Assembly (NCBI GenBank): GCA_002269645.1 | Contig: NIVC01001009.1 | Location: 62,001-126,000, forward strand | Direction: 5' to 3' | Length of the DNA stretch: 64,000 bases | Source of the DNA: Macrostomum lignano | Lineage: Eukaryota | Part shown: positions 24,571 through 36,368 of the stretch, piece by piece | How the letters are laid out: every line of letters starts with the position of its first letter | Numbering within the stretch: the stretch's first letter is position 1 | The notes under the pieces: generated by a model | Database searches by the model: none | Seen by the model: only the letters and a program-made list of their open reading frames with translations | What the model was told of the DNA's origin: nothing | Program-made: the position numbers and the translations under genes

Positions 24571-25449
24571 ATGCCACCAAAGAAAGGAAAAAAGAAAGGA
24601 AAAAGCAAAGGAAAAGATAAGAGCGCCAAGAAAGCTGATGAATCCGTGGCACCCGAAGTAGAACAGCCGCAAGAGGAAGTCGTTGACAAAGAGCAGCAGT
24701 TAAAAGAAGAATTGGCAAAAGTTATCAAAGAAGTTGAAGATGCTAAAAAGAAGCTTTCGGAATTGAAGAGTGAAAACGAATGGCTCCAGGAAGAGTCTCA
24801 GCGAATTCGAGTTGAAAGTCATGAATACATGGGCTACATGGAGAAACGCGCCGACAAGAGACAGAAGGCATTGATTACGCTCAGCGACTATAACGAGCAC
24901 GAAATCAAGGTTTTGCTACAACAGCGAGAAGAGATGCTTGAAGCGTACAGTTACCAGAAGGAAGAATTAAAACAGACACTACTTTCGAAGCAAAATGAAC
25001 TGTCAAAAGCGCGCGACGAGTTGGATGAACTTGCTGAGTTCAAAAAGCTTAAGGATGAGCAAGCTGAAATGATCAAGCATTTGGAGAAAGAGGCCCAGAA
25101 CTTGAGAATTCAGCATTCTGAGCAGCTGCAGCAGCTCAAGGCAAAATTCATGCGCGAAAAGCGAGAGTTTCAAGAGGAATCCGAACAGAAAGTTCACCAG
25201 CTTTCCAAGGAAGCATACAAGGAGGCTATCACGTCTCTCATAGATCATTCGAACACCGTCAAGCTGCAGAATAGAAAGCTTCGTAAAGATTTACTGCACA
25301 TGATTCAGCAGACAAGGCTGCTCCAAGAGCACAAAAGGAAGCTGGAAATTCAGCACGATGAGCTACTAAAGGAGCAAGAGTTCTCCAAGGACATCCGGAA
25401 GCTACGAAACGCAACGAAGCAATTGTACACCGGAGAGAAGAGTAAATAA
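24571..25449 (+). CDS. CCDC166: DUF4515-family coiled-coil protein, CCDC166-like, single exon, 292 aa
   Basis: MPPKKGKKK start; ENEWLQEESQRIRVESHEYMGYMEK..KRQKALITLSD, LKAKFMREKREFQEES and ENRKLRxxLL-like (QNRKLRKDLL) motifs resemble the CCDC166/CCDC121 family; AATAAA at 25445-25450, over the stop. Confidence 0.75.
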   Translation: MPPKKGKKKGKSKGKDKSAKKADESVAPEVEQPQEEVVDKEQQLKEELAKVIKEVEDAKKKLSELKSENEWLQEESQRIRVESHEYMGYMEKRADKRQKALITLSDYNEHEIKVLLQQREEMLEAYSYQKEELKQTLLSKQNELSKARDELDELAEFKKLKDEQAEMIKHLEKEAQNLRIQHSEQLQQLKAKFMREKREFQEESEQKVHQLSKEAYKEAITSLIDHSNTVKLQNRKLRKDLLHMIQQTRLLQEHKRKLEIQHDELLKEQEFSKDIRKLRNATKQLYTGEKSK

Positions 25450-26014
25450 ATTAAGAAAATTTATTGTTCGAAATAACTTCTGTTCTGTTGCAACTGTGCA
25501 TATGTGTTTTGGACTACACACTATTTTATAATGATATAAGTTTCTCTTTGGGTTGCCCAGGCTTCTGTATAATAAATATAACTTATTAGAGAGGCTTGGC
25601 TCTAAGACTGAATACTTACTTCAGCCTAAATATCCATTTTTGCTGTTTTTTTCGCTTAATTTATTATAAGAATGCTATTCTCAGGTTTGATACAGTTTAC
25701 AAAGTCTTGATTTGGCCTACAGAATAATAAATATTTTCACAACACACAACGTACACCAGTCATATCGATCAAATAAAGAATAAAATAAAATTTTATCAAC
25801 AAATTTTACCCTATTTTTTATTTAATCTACTCCTAGTAGCATAAATAAGGCTAGAAACTTTAATACATCGCACCAAAGAAGCCCACTAAACGTTTAGGAG
25901 ACTGCATAAATTCTACAGATGCTCGAAAAAATTGATTAATGAAACTTACAAAATACAAATTAAGCAGCACGATCAGAATTGAACTATAAATCAACATACA
26001 TACATAAATCAACA

Positions 26015-26535
26015 GGCTGAGTCCGGTTTCCTCTTGCCCCTTGAGCCCCTCCCCCGCCCCTTGGACTGGCCTCAAATATTGAGCTGGATAGGTGATGCCC
26101 TTGTGGCTTGCAGCCCCATAGGTAGCTGGAGGTCCTGCCTGATGGGAGACTCGCCCTCGGATACAAGCCTTCCAGATTCGCTCCAATAGTTAAGCCCTTT
26201 CCAAGACTTCTGGGTTTCCCCGCTCTTGGACGGCTTTCAGTAGTATACCAAACATTTTCAAATCCAATTCTGTTTTTCGCGCACTCCCGAGGACTCGTCT
26301 GCTGGGGGGTAGCCTGGGTGGACCGTCCTGATTCCACTTTTTGGGTTGGCGGTGTCTTGTACCATAGGCTTGGGCTAGTAGCCCCAAAATTCCCCCTGGC
26401 CTAGACGTCGGGGCCCAATCAAGAGGGTATCTCGGGCTTAGGCCCCTGGAAGTGCCCCTCAGCGGCAGAGCCCCCCCCCCAGGGCTGATCCGCGGGAAGC
26501 AAGCTCTTTCCTCCCCGTTTAACAACAACAACAAC
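26015..26535. mobile_element. 521-bp retro-like insertion with (AAC)5 end and 9-bp TSD
   Basis: AAATCAACA at 26006-26014 and 26536-26544; GC-rich insert in an AT-rich flank; (AAC)5 at 26521-26535. Confidence 0.6.
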
Positions 26536-26544
26536 AAATCAACA

Positions 26545-26551
26545 TACAAAG

Positions 26552-26589
<38 letters not shown>

Positions 26590-26590
26590 A

Positions 26591-26655
<65 letters not shown>

Positions 26656-26658
26656 GGC

Positions 26659-26691
<33 letters not shown>

Positions 26692-26718
26692 GGCAGGCAG
26701 GCAGACAGACAGACAGGC

Positions 26719-26749
<31 letters not shown>

Positions 26750-26755
26750 GACACA
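26545..26755. repeat. (GACA)n microsatellite
   Basis: Seen directly. Confidence 0.97.
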
Positions 26756-27394
26756 CACATGTTCAAAATGTAAGATGGCCGTGGACGCTAGGACAGGCAG
26801 ATAAGAAGGGAATACACAGAAATCGCTTAATCTCAATGTCTCGCCAGTCGCAAAAGCTCCAGCGAGGCTCGCACCATCGCCAGCTTTGCCATCCGTAACG
26901 TTCTCAACTCAAGCCCAATGCCCAATGGTGTAAATGCAATTCGACCCATTAAGCCAGAAGTGGGTGCTCGCTAAGTAAACAACAAATGACATTTAAATTT
27001 AGAGACGACAGACGTTTATTATAAGTAGATAGAGAGCGCGCTGGATCAATGCTATTTGAGCAGGGCTGCTCAAACACAGACCACCAGTTGCCTCCCCTGA
27101 CCCCCTCCTCACAGCCCATTTGGCCCGAGCTGTATACTAATTTATTTTCAATGGCCCAAACGTTTGCCATGAAGTTGAACCGATCTGCTTTGGATCTCAA
27201 ATTTGATTGGGATTTTATTCCAACCGGACTGACTTAATTGGTATTAATCACTTTAGAGATTTATTTGTACAGCGGCTATCATGCTAACGTAATTATCGAC
27301 TATGTTCGAGCAGTGGTGGATTTAACAGTGGGGCTAATGCTCGACCCGTTGTAAGATTTTATCTTAGCTTGGCATTTTAGAAGGCGCTATCTTA

Positions 27395-28380
27395 TTTAGG
27401 GGGCGCTGGCTTGTTTAGGGGCGCTGTATTGTTTAGGGAACCGCTAGCTGTCTTGTTTCGTCGGTGCTGTCTTGTTTAGGGGGTGCTGTCTTGTTTAGGG
27501 GGTGCTGTCTTGTTTAGGGGGTGCTGCCTTGTTTAGGGGTGCTGCCTTGTTTAGGGGGTGCTGTCTTGTTTAGGGGGTGCTGCCTTGTTTAGGGGGTGCT
27601 GTCTTGTTTAGGGGGTGCTGCCTTGTTTAGGGGGTGCTGCCTTGTTTAGGGGGTGCTGTCTTGTTTAGGGGGTGCTGTCTTGTTTAGGGGGTGCTGTCTT
27701 GTTTAGGGGGTGCTGTCTTGTTTAGGGGGTGCTGCCTTGTTTAGGGGGTGCTGCCTTGTTTAGGGGGTGCTGTCTTGTTTAGGGGGTGCTGCCTTGTTTA
27801 GGGGTGCTGCCTTGTTTAGGGGGTGCTGTCTTGTTTAGGGGGTGCTGTCTTGTTTAGGGGGTGCTGTCTTGTTTAGGGGGTGCTGTCTTGTTTAGGGGGT
27901 GCTGCCTTGTTTAGGGGGTGCTGCCTTGTTTAGGGGGTGCTGTCTTGTTTAGGGGGTGCTGTCTTGTTTAGGGGGTGCTGCCTTGTTTAGGGGGTGCTGT
28001 CTTGTTTAGGGAGTGCTGTCTTGTTTAGGGGGTGCTGTCTTGTTTAGGGGGTGCTGTCTTGTTTAGGGGGTGCTGTCTTGTTTAGGGGTGCTGTCTTGTT
28101 TAGGGGGTGCTGTCTTGTTTAGGGGGTGCTGCCTTGTTTAGGGGGTGCTGTCTTGTTTAGGAGGCCGCTAGCTGTTTTGTTTAAGAGGCCGCTAACTGTC
28201 TTGTTTAGGGGGCCGCTAGCTGTATTGTTTAGGGGGTGCTGTTTAGGGGCCGCTAGCTTTCTTGTTTAGGGGTGCTGGCTTGTTTAAGGGGTGCTGTCTA
28301 GGGGGCCGCTAGCTGTCTTGTTCAGGGGGCCGCTAGATGTCTTGTTTAGGGGGCGCTGGCTTGTTTAGGGGGTGCTGCTT
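27395..28380. repeat. 19-bp G-rich minisatellite GTCTTGTTTAGGGGGTGCT
   Basis: Period 19 (27488, 27507); degenerate at both edges. Confidence 0.97.
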
Positions 28381-29589
28381 TGTGCGTTGACGAGGGGGCT
28401 ACCTAGAGAACGGCGTAGGATCTATTTGAGGGACTTTTTTCTCTCAAACGAAAAATCTCGGTAAACATCATAAAGGGAAAAATATTTTGAATTGCCCATA
28501 AAAATTTGAAAATTAAATCGACAGTGATGGGGTGGGTCAATAAATCAAATTAACAATGGATTACTGAGATTGAACTCGGCATTGAATTCAATGGATTTCG
28601 AGGGCGCGAAGGCAATTTGAAGTTGTTGAGAATCATTGTCAAAACTGCTGGATTGCCTGCTTGGTTCTCATCATAACATGTAGTCGCTGGGGTCACTTCA
28701 TTCTCAATTGGCCAATCGAGAATGGCGCCCGTAGTCAATCACAGCCCTCAGTCTCTCGCAGACTCAACTTTGGTCTTTGTTGTTATGCCAGTAAAGCATG
28801 ACCTAGGATTGCGCAACTTTTGTAATTGCTGTAATACAGTCAATTTTGAAAGCCACAAGTATATCAGATGAATTGGTGGTCACTGACCTCAATCAGTGAT
28901 ACTACAATAAGACAATGGTGGTTGCTAGGTGGACACACGATAGCTCTCCATTGCTGCTCCGGACTGATAACTCCGACACCCCCTGGCAATAGGCCTTGTA
29001 TAATTTAATGTGTTTTAAAACTTGACATTGCGCGATTGCTGGCTCATACATTTTACAAGGCTATTGACTTAATCAAAGCTATATAGATATACATAAGGGC
29101 TATTTTTGAATCTGAGCTCGACAGTGAAGAGGCAGACTGCACCGATGATGGAATGGCAAACAGGGGCACATGTGACATCATGCCTGTCGACAAAAACAGT
29201 TGACAATTGACATGCGATAGCCCGCATTGTACCATTGAATCAAATCTCTACGCTGAGACCCCTTTGTCCCATTTTGCTGGCCACGAATGAATATAACTGC
29301 TGGCATCATTCCTCATATCAATATATACTTGTTCGAATTTTTCGTTGCTATGTGAGACATTTTTCTTCGCTTCAAAGCTCTGTCCATCATTAGTTGATCT
29401 CGGTAGGAATACTTCTCTAATAATATCTCAACTTCTGTTTTGCGCTTTTCTGCTAGTCCTAAACATTGTCATTTGTATAGCAGTTAATCTTAATGAACAA
29501 TGCGACAAATGGAATAATGGAGTAAGTGTCTGTCTGAATGTCCGTCTGGGTGTCTGTCCTGTGGCTCTTCTTAGTAGTATATCTCCTGC

Positions 29590-31940
29590 TCTCTGCCTAA
29601 TAGTCCATCTCATAGTCTGCCTCCTAGTCTGCCAGACAGTCATAGTCTGCCTCAGTCTGTCTCATAGTCTGTCTCATAGTCTGCCCTATAGTCTGCCTCA
29701 GTCTGTCTCATAGTCTGTCTCATAGTCTGTCTCATAGTCTGCCCTATAGTCTGCCTCAGTCTGTCTCATAGTCTGTCACATAGTCTGTCTCATAGTCTGC
29801 CCTATAGTCTGCCTCAGTCTGTCTCATAGTCTGCCCTATAGTCTGCCTCAGTCTGTCTCATAGTCTGTCTCATAGTCTGTCTCATAGTCTGTCTCATAGT
29901 CTGTCTCATAGTCTGCCCTATAGTCTGCCTCAGTCTGTCTCATAGTCTGTCTCATAGTCTGCCTCAGTCTGTCTCATAGTCTGTCTCATAGTCTGTCTCA
30001 TAGTCTGCCCTATAGTCAGCCTCAGTCTGTCTCATAGTCTGTCCTATAGTCTGCCTCAGTCTGTCTCATAGTCTGTCTCATAGTCTGTCTCATAGTCTGA
30101 CTCATAGTCTGTCTCATAGTCTGCCCTATAGTCTGCCTCAGTCTGTCTCATAGTCTGTCTCATAGTCTGTCTCATAGTCTGTCTCATAGTCTGTCTCATA
30201 GTCTGTCCTATAGTCTGCCTCAGTCTGTCTCATAGTCTGTCTCATAGTCTGTCTCATAGTCTGCCCTATAGTCAGCCTCAGTCTGTCTCATAGTCTGTCT
30301 CATAGTCTGTCTCATAGTCTGTCCTATAGTCTGCCTCAGTCTGTCTCATAGTCTGTCTCCTAGTCTGTCTCATAGTCTGCCCTATAGTCAGCCTCAGTCT
30401 GTCTCATAGTCTGTCTCATAGTCTGTCTCATAGTCTGCCCTATAGTCAGCCTCAGTCTGTCTCATAGTCTGTCTCATAGTCTGTCTCATAGTCTGCCCTA
30501 TAGTCTGCCTCAGTCTGTCTCATAGTCTGTCTCATAGTCTGCCCTATAGTCAGCCTCAGTCTGTCTCATAGTCTGTCTCATAGTCTGTCTCATAGTCTGT
30601 CCTATAGTCTGCCTCAGTCTGTCTCATAGTCTGTCTCATAGTCTGTCTCATAGTCTGTCTCATAGTCTGCCCTATAGTCAGCCTCAGTCTGTCTCATAGT
30701 CTGTCTCATAGTCTGTCTCATAGTCTGCCCTATAGTCTGCCTCAGTCTGTCTCATAGTTTGTCCTATAGTCTGCCTCAGTCTGTCTCATAGTCTGTCTCA
30801 TAGTCTGTCTCATAGTCTGCCCTATAGTCAGCCTCAGTCTGTCTCATAGTCTGTCTCATAGTCTGTCTCATAGTCTGCCCTATAGTCTGCCTCAGTCTGT
30901 CTCATAGTCTGTCTCATAGTCTGTCTCATAGTCTGACTCATAGTCTGTCTCATAGTCTGTCCTATAGTCTGCCTCAGTCTGTCTCATAGTCTGTCTCATA
31001 GTCTGTCTCATAGTCTGTCTCAGTCTGTCTCATAGTCTGCCTCAGTCTGTCTCATAGTCTGCCCTATAGTCTGCCTCAGTCTGTCTCATAGTCTGTCTCA
31101 TAGTCTGTCTCATAGTCTGTCTCATAGTCTGTCTCATAGTCTGCCCTATAGTCAGCCTCAGTCTGTCTCATAGTCTGCCTCAGTCTGTCTCATAGTCTGC
31201 CCTATAGTCTGCCTCAGTCTGTCTCATAGTCTGTCTCATAGTCTGTCTCATAGTCTGTCTCATAGTCTGCCCTATAGTCTGCCTCAGTCTGTCTCATAGT
31301 CTGCCTCAGTCTGTCTCATAGTCTGCCCTATAGTCTGCCTCAGTCTGTCTCATAGTCTGTCTCATAGTCTGTCTCAGTCTGTCTCATAGTCTGCCTCAGT
31401 CTGTCTCATAGTCTGCCCTATAGTCTGCCTCAGTCTGTCTCATAGTCTGTCTCATAGTCTGTCTCATAGTCTGTCTCATAGTCTGTCTCATAGTCTGCCC
31501 TATAGTCAGCCTCAGTCTGTCTCATAGTCTGCCTCAGTCTGTCTCATAGTCTGCCCTATAGTCTGCCTCAGTCTGTCTCATAGTCTGTCTCATAGTCTGT
31601 CTCATAGTCTGTCTCATAGTCTGCCCTATAGTCTGCCTCAGTCTGTCTCATAGTCTGTCTCATAGTCTGTCTCATAGTCTGTCTCATAGTCTGCCCTATA
31701 GTCTGCCTCAGTCTGTCTCATAGTCTGCCTCAGTCTGTCTCATAGTCTGCCCTATAGTCTGCCTCAGTCTGTCTCATAGTCTGTCTCATAGTCTGTCTCA
31801 TAGTCTGTCTCATAGTCTGCCCTATAGTCTGCCTCAGTCTGTCTCATAGTCTGCCTCAGTCTGTCTCATAGTCTGCCTCAGTCTGTCTCATAGTCTGCCT
31901 CAGTCTGTCTCATAGTCTGCCTCAGTCTGTCTCATAGTCA
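29590..31940. repeat. About 2.3-kb composite satellite of 12-bp (TAGTCTGTCTCA / TAGTCTGCCCTA / TAGTCTGCCTCA) and 10-bp units
   Basis: Seen directly. Confidence 0.97.
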
Positions 31941-33472
31941 GCTTCAGTCTTGTCCGATTCTCTTTTTGCCTGTTTCACTGAAAAAACGATGGATCTTTTT
32001 CATTCCATCTGTATCGCATTGACAGACTCTTGCATTTTTGTTTCTGATTTCGGCAATGCATCTACTTGCTTGCCTCTATTACATCCTGTCTATTCAGAAA
32101 CTGTAAAAAAGAAAATTACGACCAAACCAGCAAAGCAAAAAAAACAAAAAAACCCTGCCATAGAAGAGGAAATTTTGTTTGATATTTTGGTTCCAAGGTT
32201 CGCCAGAAGAACAGGTGCTGGTACTTGAGGACGTTGGAATGATGGAATTGCAATTTCGGCAATCCGTGTTATTACAGTTAGGGGTGAGCTATTAACCAGT
32301 GAAATGCGGAACACTTTCAAGAAAATTGTGGGAATCAAAATCTCGGCCTGAGTTCATTTCGATGAATGACACTTATCAGTCCTCTTAGCCTTGGTCTCCG
32401 AGAATTTCTTTATTGCAACCCCCGCCGCGGCCTTTGTAGAGACCCGGGCGCCGCCAACAAAGAAGTTTTATTAGTTTTGTTGGTGTTGTTAAACAAATTG
32501 GTTTGCTCCCTGCTCCCTGCAGAACTGACTGGGGATCTGTTGGGGCCGGAGAGTTTACACTTCTGTTTTCCTGCCAAAATAATGTGACAGCCAAGTGCGT
32601 CTTTTGTCCGTGTTGCATGCTAGCTGAGCGCAAATTTTACATTTTATCATTTGAAAACGGTTCTGTTCACCTCTCAAGCATCCCCTTTCAAGCAAAGCTT
32701 CATTATAAGTCCTAAATTCCATAAAGTGGGTGGATTTCATAGTGGATGATGGTATGCCGCTTTTTCACAATTTCCGTTCTCTGCCTTTCTGTAGCCAGCC
32801 GCAATGCCAGGGTCGAACTGATAAACTTGAATCCTTTGCTTGGCGCCTTCCTAATTCAAATAATTTCTTTCCAGTGCAGCTTTAATCACTGACTGATGAT
32901 GCCATTCTGCTAAGGCGGATTTAATTGGGGAGGCATATGGCATTTCATTCGTCCCCCCTCTCTCCAGTTTTAAAGTTTGTTTGCTATGCAATTAAGCCTG
33001 CCATATCAAGCCTTTTAACTGGCCATGTATTAGACTAGAAAATCGCTTTTTATAAAGAATATTATAAAAAAGCTGGGTTACTAAGCCTGTTAAATTAAGT
33101 CCTAGGACTGTTACGAGACGGAGATAGAGAGCAATCTGTTGGCCCTATGGTTCTGTTTGCATTGGACAATTCGATTTATAAAGATAAAAAATCTGCCCTT
33201 TTCCAGCTCGTCGTCAGCGCCTCTCCACTCGCCCGGGAGCCCGGCTCAGCGATAAGCGTCAATGAATTTTTCAAGATCAAAACGGCGCGATAAATCCAGC
33301 CGACCATTTTCGGCCTATTTGATCGCAGTAAAACAAATTAATGAAATAAATCATTTCATTAATGCGTCTATTTAACTGAAGATTAAGGCTTAATCATAAG
33401 GAGTTAGTAGTTGAAGCTTTAAGTTGCGTTTGCTTAACTAAAATCTTGCTAATGATAACTTCAAATTGATCT

Positions 33473-34415
33473 CTCTTCTCCTTCAACAGACCTCTCTTCT
33501 CGTTCAGACCTCTCTTCTCCTTCCCAGACCTCTCTTCTCGTTCAGACCTCTCTTCTCGTTCAGACCTCTTTTCTCCTTCCCCAGACCTCTCTTCTCGTTC
33601 AGACCTCTCTTCTCGTTCAGACCTCTTTTCTCCTTCCCCAGACCTCTCTTCTCGTTCAGACCTCTCTTCTCGTTCAGACCTCTCTTCTCCTTCCCCAGAC
33701 CTCTCTTCTCGTTCAGACCTCTCTTCTCGTTCAGACCTCTCTTCAACTTCCCCAGACCTCTCTTCTCGTTCAGACCTCTCTTCTCCTTCCCCAGACCTCT
33801 CTTCTCGTTCAGACCTCTCTTCAACTTCCCCAGACCTCTCTTCTCGTTCAGACCTCTCTTCTCGTTCAGACCTCTCTTCAACTTCCCCAGACCTCTCTTC
33901 TCGTTCAGACCTCTCTTCAACTTCCCCAGACCTCTCTTCTCGTTCAGACCTCTCTTCTCCTTCCCCAGACCTCTCTTCTCGTTCAGACCTCTCTTCTCGT
34001 TCAGACCTCTCTTCTCCTCCCCCAGACCTCTCTTCTCGTTCAAACCTCTCTTCTCGTTCAAATCTCTCTTCTCCTCCCCCAGACCTCTCTTCTCCTTCCC
34101 CAGACCTCTCTTCTTCTTCCACAGACCTCTCTTCTCGTTCAAACCTCTCTTCTCCTTCCCCAGACCTCTCTTCTCGTTCAGATCTCTCTTCTCCTCCCCC
34201 AGACCTCTCTTCTCCTTCCCCAGACCTCTCTTCTCGTTCAGATCTCTCTTCTCCTCCCCCAGACCTCTCTTCTCCTTCCCCAGACCTCTCTTCTCCTTCC
34301 CAAAACCTCTCTTCTCGTTCAGACCTCTCTTCTCCTCCCCCAGACCTCTCTTCTCCTTCCCCAGACCTCTCTTCTCCTTCCCAAAACCTCTCTTCTCGTT
34401 CAGACCTCTCTTCTT
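33473..34415. repeat. Pyrimidine-rich minisatellite, 18-bp GACCTCTCTTCTCGTTCA and 21-bp GACCTCTCTTCTCCTTCCCCA
   Basis: Seen directly; explains the EERS/RPLFSF ORFs. Confidence 0.97.
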
Positions 34416-35413
34416 GTCCCTCAGACTATTTGTCTTTGACAGCATCCAGTCTCACTCGGGCAAAGCCTATGTTCTTCATCATAAGGGAGTGATGTTAACC
34501 GCCTAACCTGCCTAGGTGAAAGTGAGTCCGTTGCGGCGTTTGCCAATAATCACAAGGCTTTAATTCAGGGTTAACTGCTTCTTACTCCATAGCTTCTAAG
34601 TTATTGATGTTTCATTTCGCACCGACAAAGGCAATTCTGTGGTATTGCTTTTTACCGAAGGCAATCAAGTGTTGTGGAAGCCCCATCAAGTAAAAAAACA
34701 CAATTTAATGTCAGAAAGTCGAGTGTCGCCTAGGTATGCAATAAGCAATAATGAAAGCAAACTCCTATTATAGTGAAGCAATCAGAATTTTGGAATAATC
34801 TAGTTCCATAGCCGAACAAGCTGAATATCAATTTTCACTCGCCCGCCGCCAAAATACGCAAAAAAACTAACTCGATAAACCCACGGGCCCCTGAAACTCC
34901 AGCCGTGTGGGTGTATTTGCATCGGTGCCACTTCAAAACTGCCATCTAAGCTCAATAATTAATTTCTTCAGCACCTGGCTTTGCTTTTGTTCTCAGGTGC
35001 CGAAATTGAAAGTTATTGATTTATTCTCGAGGAGAAACTCTCAATTGTGCCGAAGCTCCTTGTAAACTAATCTGGCCAACCTGAAGTGTCGCATTGCTTT
35101 GTTGTTTTTAGTGCCCGGGATAATTTTCCTGATGAGGATCTCCTGATCGGCTGCGAAAGCTTCATTTCGGGAAGCCGAGTCTCTGTTTTTCTAAGTGAAT
35201 TTTTTCTTCTCAGTTTTCATCGCCTCATGAATATTTCAGTGCAAACATTTTAAGCAAAGCCAGGACATACGTGAGAGATTAAGGGTCACTGTTAATAGTA
35301 AGCATTGAAAACTTAAACTTGTCAGTTCATAACAAAACTGTTTAGTTCTTTCTCGATGAAATTGTATCAATATTGCAGGGTAAAGGTGGCTATTTTGAAC
35401 ACTGACTTATCCG

Positions 35414-36368
35414 GAGTGACTGTACTATGCAGAGTGACTGTACTATCCAGATTGACTGTACTATATAGAGTGACTGTACCATATAGAGTGACTGTACCAT
35501 ATAGAGTGACTGTACTATGCAGAGTGACTGTACTATGCAGAGTGACTGTACCATCCAGAGTGACTGTACTATGCAGAGTGACTGTACCATCCAGAGTGAC
35601 TGTACTATCCAGATTGACTGTACTATGCAGAGTGACTGTACTATCCAGAGTGACTGTTCTATATAGAGTGACTGTACTATGCAGAGTGACTGTACTATCC
35701 AGATTGACTGTACTATATAGAGTGACTGTACCATATAGAGTGACTGTACCATATAGAGTGACTGTACTATGCAGAGTGACTGTACTATGCAGAGTGACTG
35801 TACTATCCAGATTGACTGTACTATATAGAGTGACTGTACCATATAGAGTGACTGTACCATATAGAGTGACTGTACTATGCAGAGTGACTGTACTATGCAG
35901 AGTGACTGTACCATCCAGAGTGACTGTACTATGCAGAGTGACTGTACCATCCAGAGTGACTGTACTATCCAGATTGACTGTACTATGCAGAGTGACTGTA
36001 CTATCCAGAGTGACTGTTCTATATAGAGTGACTGTACTATGCAGAGTGACTGTACTATCCAGAGTGACTGTACTATATAGAGTGACTGTACTATGCAGAG
36101 TGACTGTACTATGCAGATTGACTGTACTATGCAGAGTGACTGTACTATCCAGAGTGACTGTTCTATATAGAGTGACTGTACCATATAGAGTGACTGTACT
36201 ATCCAGATTGACTGTACTATGCAGAGTGACTGTACCATCCAGAGTGACTGTACTATCCAGAGTGAATGTACTATATAGAGTGACTGTACTATGCAGAGTG
36301 ACTGTACTATGCAGATTGACTGTACAATGCCGAGTGACTGTACTATGTAGAGTGACTGTACTATGCAG
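35414..36368. repeat. 18-bp minisatellite AGAGTGACTGTACTATGC with a 20-unit (360-bp) higher-order period
   Basis: The variant order in the translated ORF repeats after 20 units. Confidence 0.95.

Noticed and set aside
27055-27074. Palindrome TTTGAGCAG-GG-CTGCTCAAA as a transposon footprint
   Set aside because: A 9-bp arm with no partner TIR or TSD; could be chance.
28550-29713. Short ORFs between the two large arrays as a hidden gene
   Set aside because: No recognisable motifs or consistent splice structure, and lengths are within chance.
35129-35158. CTGATGA...GAAA as a hammerhead ribozyme core
   Set aside because: Stem II does not close next to GAAA, and no convincing stems I or III.
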